Shown piece after piece: positions 59,973-64,000 of a DNA stretch of 64,000 bases (the stretch's first letter is position 1; each line of letters begins with the position of its first letter). The stretch is taken from the NCBI GenBank assembly GCA_963843555.1, contig CAWJKV010000014.1, forward strand, positions 19,758 to 83,757, read 5' to 3'. The stretch is from an uncultured Methanosarcinales archaeon (GTDB lineage: Archaea; Halobacteriota; Methanosarcinia; Methanotrichales; Methanotrichaceae). A model generated the notes under the pieces. It saw nothing but the letters and a program-made list of their open reading frames with translations. It was not told the DNA's origin and searched no databases. The translations under genes were made by a program, and so were the position numbers.

Positions 59973-60043
59973 GCCGGGGTGACTGACCGGCTAAGTGCGC
60001 GGCTGCAGACCGCGAGAATTGGGTTCGACTCCCAACCCCGGCC
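59973..60043 (+). tRNA. tRNA-Cys (GCA)
   Basis: Acceptor GCCGGGG/CCCCGGC; D arm ACT/AGT; anticodon arm CGCGG-CTGCAGA-CCGCG; T arm TTGGG-TTCGACT-CCCAA. Confidence 0.92.
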
Positions 60044-60045
60044 TC

Positions 60046-61449
60046 ATGAAGATCCAAAGTACCATGACTGGAAACAAGGAGAATTTCCAGCCCATTCATA
60101 ATAATCGCATCAATCTATTTGTCTGCGGTCCCACTGTCTATGACGATTCACATATAGGCCACGCCAGAACCTACATCGCCTTCGATGTGGTGGCACGCTA
60201 TCTCGAGTTCAAGGGCTATAGCGTCTTCTACCTGCAGAACATCACCGATGTAGACGACAAGATCATCAAGAGGGCCATAGAGAGGGGCGAAAGTCCACGG
60301 TCGCTGGCGAGGAGGTTCGAAGAGAGATATCTGGAAGACATGCGTAGGCTGGGCGTTACCAACGTCAACTATTATGCTCGCGCCACAGAACATATCCCTG
60401 AGATCATCAGTCAGATAGAGAGATTGGTCGAGTTGGGTTTTGCCTACGAGACAAAGACCGGCATCTACTTCGATGAATCCCGTTTCGAAGATTTTGGAAA
60501 GCTCTCCCATCAGACGGCTGATGACCTGGAGAAGCACAGAATTGAGCCGGATCCGACGAAGAGAAATCCGGGAGACTTCTCTCTCTGGAAAAAGCGGCAG
60601 GACGGAGAGGAGGTGACCTGGAATTCTCCCTGGGGACCGGGCCGGCCCGGATGGCATATAGAGGACACGGCTATTACCGAGACCTATTTCGGAGCGCAGT
60701 ATGATATCCATGGCGGTGCTATGGACCTGATCTTCCCTCATCACGAGGCGGAGATCGCCCAGATGGAGGCGACTTCAGGGAAAAAGCCGCTGGTGAGATA
60801 CTGGATGCACACCGGCTTTCTCAATGTCAGGGGCGAGAAGATGTCCAAGTCCCTGGGAAACTTCACAACCATTCGGGATATGCTGCAAAAATATGATGCG
60901 GATTCTTTCCGATTCTTCGTTCTTCTGGCCCACTACAGAAGCCCCATAGACTTCTCTGAGGAGGCTTTAGAGCAGGCTAAGAAGAGCCTGGAGCGGATAA
61001 AACAGGCCGCGAAGATCATTGAGGAGCAATTGGAAAGGGCCCCCGAGATGGAGTTTGAATCCATCGCTCCCGGAGAGGTAGATCCCATCGTGGCCCTGGC
61101 CAAAGCCAAATTCCTGGAATCCATGGATAACGATTTCAATACGCCTTACGCCCTGAGAGCCGTTTTCGACATGGTAAGGGAAGTAAATCGTCGCATCAAT
61201 GAGAAGACCATTTCTCGAAAGGGATTGCAAGATGCCAGCCTTCAGCTTCGGGAATTTGGAGAGACACTCGGGCTGGGCTTCCATGCAGCAGGCAAAAAGC
61301 CAGCGGAAAAGGCAGATGATGTGACTGGCAATCTGATCGAGCTCCTGACCGAAACAAGGCAAAAGCTCCGCGAGAAAAAGGAGTGGCAGCTTGCTGATGA
61401 GATTCGAGCCAGGTTGAATGAGCTGAATATAGTCATTGAGGACGCATAG
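60046..61449 (+). CDS. cysS: Cysteinyl-tRNA synthetase
   Basis: CGPTVYD, HIGH, GRPGWHIE, DLIFPHHE, KMSKS; true start ATG 60046 (the ORF track extends into the tRNA). Confidence 0.96.
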   Translation: MKIQSTMTGNKENFQPIHNNRINLFVCGPTVYDDSHIGHARTYIAFDVVARYLEFKGYSVFYLQNITDVDDKIIKRAIERGESPRSLARRFEERYLEDMRRLGVTNVNYYARATEHIPEIISQIERLVELGFAYETKTGIYFDESRFEDFGKLSHQTADDLEKHRIEPDPTKRNPGDFSLWKKRQDGEEVTWNSPWGPGRPGWHIEDTAITETYFGAQYDIHGGAMDLIFPHHEAEIAQMEATSGKKPLVRYWMHTGFLNVRGEKMSKSLGNFTTIRDMLQKYDADSFRFFVLLAHYRSPIDFSEEALEQAKKSLERIKQAAKIIEEQLERAPEMEFESIAPGEVDPIVALAKAKFLESMDNDFNTPYALRAVFDMVREVNRRINEKTISRKGLQDASLQLREFGETLGLGFHAAGKKPAEKADDVTGNLIELLTETRQKLREKKEWQLADEIRARLNELNIVIEDA

Positions 61450-61696
61450 AAGGCAATGGAAGTACGCGATTGAAGGTAGACGATGGATTAGAGAGAAGAG
61501 TCAAGGAGAATTGACACTCAATCTGATATTCTCAAGTCCGATTCTGCTATAGATGCAATTCCTCATTTTCCGGTATTCAGTATGCAGATCGAACAAAAGG
61601 ATTTGAAGGATGATGCAATTTCTGCCGCAAAAAATAGCATAATAGTGCTCTTGATATATGATATCATTCAAGCGGCTCCGAATATCTAAGAGTCAA

Positions 61697-61975
61697 CTAC
61701 ATCTTTTCCATCATCTTTAGAGCATCTTCAAGCGGCAATGCAGGAGTTACGTGTGCTATTCCCAGCTCCGCGAAAGCATGTGTTATCCTCAGGATGGATT
61801 CTTCGCTTGGAGCTTCGAATATTGCTACAGAGATGTGCCTGCCGATAAGGAGATATCTCCCTATGACTTTTACTTCTTCTGGGAACTTGAATTCTCTCCA
61901 GCGCGCCAGCAGTTTTGCTTTATTTTCCGGTTTCCATTCGAACCACAGTACAAACAGCATTATTTCATCTCCCAT
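61697..61975 (-). CDS. DUF3303/GYD-like small protein
   Basis: MLFVLWFEW.PE...VKVIGRY.LIG...AIFEA. Confidence 0.7.
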   Translation of the reverse strand: MGDEIMLFVLWFEWKPENKAKLLARWREFKFPEEVKVIGRYLLIGRHISVAIFEAPSEESILRITHAFAELGIAHVTPALPLEDALKMMEKM

Positions 61976-62136
61976 TGAGTTATATAATGTTTATATGTTA
62001 TAGATAGTCTATTAAACTTTCGGTGTAAATCGCATGTGAATAATCAAACTTGATTATTGTTCGCGTTTGAAGTCAATAAAATTGCCTCATTAAAAAGTTA
62101 TATATACCACTTGAGTTAACAATTGTGATCGGTGAG

Positions 62137-62423
62137 ATGAAAAATGAGGGATCGTTTTTGCTGACGCTGAATTCGAATCGCACAGCTCGAACCTAGACCG
62201 CTTGCCGCCATCGGCCAAGCTGGTTATCAAGGTTCTGGAATCAGGAAGCCTTTTGACCCAAAAGGAGATCATAAACAAGACCTACCTTCCAGCTAGAACC
62301 GTAAGATACGCCTTATCCAGGCTTAAGGAAGAGAACCTTCTCCTGCGAAGATTTTACTTCAGAGACGCGCGACAGAGCCTTTATGGCCTTAACGCACCCT
62401 CCCTTGAGGTGATGACTGCATAG
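62137..62423 (+). CDS. Winged-helix transcription regulator (5' end probably frameshifted; ORF track starts at 62202)
   Basis: LPPSAKLVIKVLE..LTQKEI...LP.RTVRYAL.RL; DARQSLY; TATA at 62098. Confidence 0.8.
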
Positions 62424-62565
62424 CTATAGCTATAACTTCATCACATATAACACATATAACTAATCTTTTTTTAAAAAAAAATACATAAAAATGACTCGAA
62501 ATGCCTTGTGCAATTTTATTTATCATGACATCCAGATAATGATTGGAGAAGATGGGAGAAATGAT

Positions 62566-62865
62566 ATGGATCATATAAAGGTGCAGTTAACTGGAAAGCA
62601 GGCAGATGGATACGTGATACCTCTGGGGCCAGTAGGTCTCATCAACGTGGTTACAGATGTAGGAATGGTGGGCTGCGGGGCCTTCGATGTCGCGGCCCTA
62701 AACAACTTCGGCTACCCGGCCGCGAAGGTCAGGCCCGCGAAAGGTAGCTCGATTGCCACTATCGAGGACCTTCTGCAGGGCATCGTCAAGGAAGTGAATC
62801 CCAGTGCGGAGAAGCTGGGATTGAAGGTTGGACTAACCGGAAGAGAAGCTCTCGAATTGCTTTAG
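62566..62865 (+). CDS. DUF1805/YunC family protein
   Basis: GMVGCGAFDV, TIEDLL, A.KLG.KVG.TGREAL. Confidence 0.82.
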   Translation: MDHIKVQLTGKQADGYVIPLGPVGLINVVTDVGMVGCGAFDVAALNNFGYPAAKVRPAKGSSIATIEDLLQGIVKEVNPSAEKLGLKVGLTGREALELL

Positions 62866-62910
62866 GGCATTTTTTTTTCTGAAACTGAGCGAATTCCTGG
62901 CACGGCTTGC

Positions 62911-63363
62911 TTACATTCCAGTCAGGTTCTTCACGTATGTGTTCATTTCCTTAACTTCTCCAATCACGTCTTTTACTTCCCATTTAATCTCCTTGACATC
63001 CTCTTTTATAGATTTTATGTCATCTTTCATCTCCAGAAGGATGGGTACAGCCTTTTCAACTATTTGGAATGTGGCAAAAATCTTGATATACTCTTCTATC
63101 CTCATCACCTCTCCTTCGTAGTCCTCTGTGACAGTATTTGATACAATTGCTCTCGCTGGGGATTTTGTCTCGGCAAGCTTCCTGAAAGCATCAACCTCCT
63201 TCTCACCTCCATCTACTATGATCATCACTTGCTGCTCCTTCTCTCCTTCGAAGTTGTAGGCCTCGAACATTTTGATGCTGCATGCTATGGCTTTATTCAT
63301 CAAAAAGTGCCTGTAGTCCACATTATGAACTCTTGGGCCATTGATTACAATTTTGAGCTTCAT
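62911..63363 (-). CDS. Acylphosphatase-like domain + coiled coil
   Basis: INGPRVHNVDYR; heptad IK..VKE tail. Confidence 0.75.
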   Translation of the reverse strand: MKLKIVINGPRVHNVDYRHFLMNKAIACSIKMFEAYNFEGEKEQQVMIIVDGGEKEVDAFRKLAETKSPARAIVSNTVTEDYEGEVMRIEEYIKIFATFQIVEKAVPILLEMKDDIKSIKEDVKEIKWEVKDVIGEVKEMNTYVKNLTGM

Positions 63364-63499
63364 TATCCTTTTTGATTGCAGTTTTAGGCAATAATCGTTT
63401 TGGATTGCCTGGCAGCAGTGTGGGCTGGATGGCTACATATTTTCTATTTTTCGCTTAATCCAGGCAAGTTTTGCCTTGATGCGAGTCTTTAAGGAGTTT

Positions 63500-63735
63500 T
63501 GCAGTAGTAATAGAAGATGGTGACCTAAAATGAGGTTTTATGTAGTTCCCTACACCGATACGACCAAGAGACTCCTTTTTTGAAGCAACCGGATTAAAGC
63601 GCGATTCTGTCATAAAGCTAAGCGTGTTGATAACCTTAAGGAATGGTTCATTGATGGACTTTCGGAGATGTTGACAGCACTCTGAAAATTGAGATCAATG
63701 CGAAGCCTGGCTTCATGTTACAGACTCTGATTTAC
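63500..63735 (+). pseudogene. Possible degraded MazF/PemK toxin relic
   Basis: Fragment FEATGLKRDSVIKLSVLITL resembles the PemK TGL...SVI motif; multiple stops and shifts. Confidence 0.35.
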
Positions 63736-64000
63736 AAAATAGTGTCAAAGATGCAAAGCCTGGTCTTTATTTTCTGGATGTTCGGCCCAACAGTGTAAGT
63801 TCCAATTCCCGGTTCCTGGACTCGATCTCGGAAAATTGCATTTTGCTTACTGCTCATTACGTTGAGGCACCACGCGCGCAGGTGTTACGCGCGGGGGAAG
63901 GGGGCACCTCAACGCCGGGCAGGTTTGGTAGGATTTAAGGTGGTTATCTATCGGATATGGAATATATTTAGATCGTATTCTAAAGCCGAAGCCCCAAATG

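Noticed and set aside
59995-60045. N-terminal extension MRGCRPRELGSTPNPGL of CysRS in the ORF track
   Set aside because: It is the tRNA-Cys gene read as codons; the real start is 60046
1-64000. CRISPR array, rRNA or intact IS element
   Set aside because: No regularly spaced repeat-spacer pattern, rRNA-like tract or transposase ORF was seen; the repeats found are intragenic or promoter duplications

Overview
Archaeal methanogen DNA, most consistent with Methanothrix/Methanosarcinales. This is inferred from the PGF-CTERM protein, archaeal TATA promoters, archaeal-type tRNA-Cys and gene content. Left end: aroE tail, tyrA, secreted/stress proteins, then an intact 8.8-kb cyclic beta-1,2-glucan synthase-like gene. 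14-25 kb: accessory genes (FAD oxidoreductase, MFS, META protein, GC-rich sulfatase, ClC, integrase relic, secreted beta-rich protein). The centre (~26.5-49.3 kb) is a ~23-kb arsenic/thiol-redox island with four ArsR repressors, 2x ArsP, Acr3, ArsD, ArsA and a broken ArsC. Interleaved with it is an apparently extracytoplasmic module: four exported double-rhodanese proteins that lack the canonical catalytic Cys (three carry a new CLPC motif instead), two exported NosD-like proteins, two DsbD/CcdA proteins, an exported thioredoxin and small Cys-rich proteins, including an unannotated 50-aa ORF. Two related palindromic operator classes (ATATC-N10-GATAT and ATATG-N10-CATAT) link these operons. This island is the best candidate for an undescribed system. 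Right end: K+ channel, RlmJ-like methyltransferase, QueG-like Fe-S protein, acylphosphatase-coiled-coil proteins, uvrA, radical SAM, and tRNA-Cys abutting cysS. About ten small indels break genes and may be sequencing errors. All family calls come from motif recognition by eye, not database searches.
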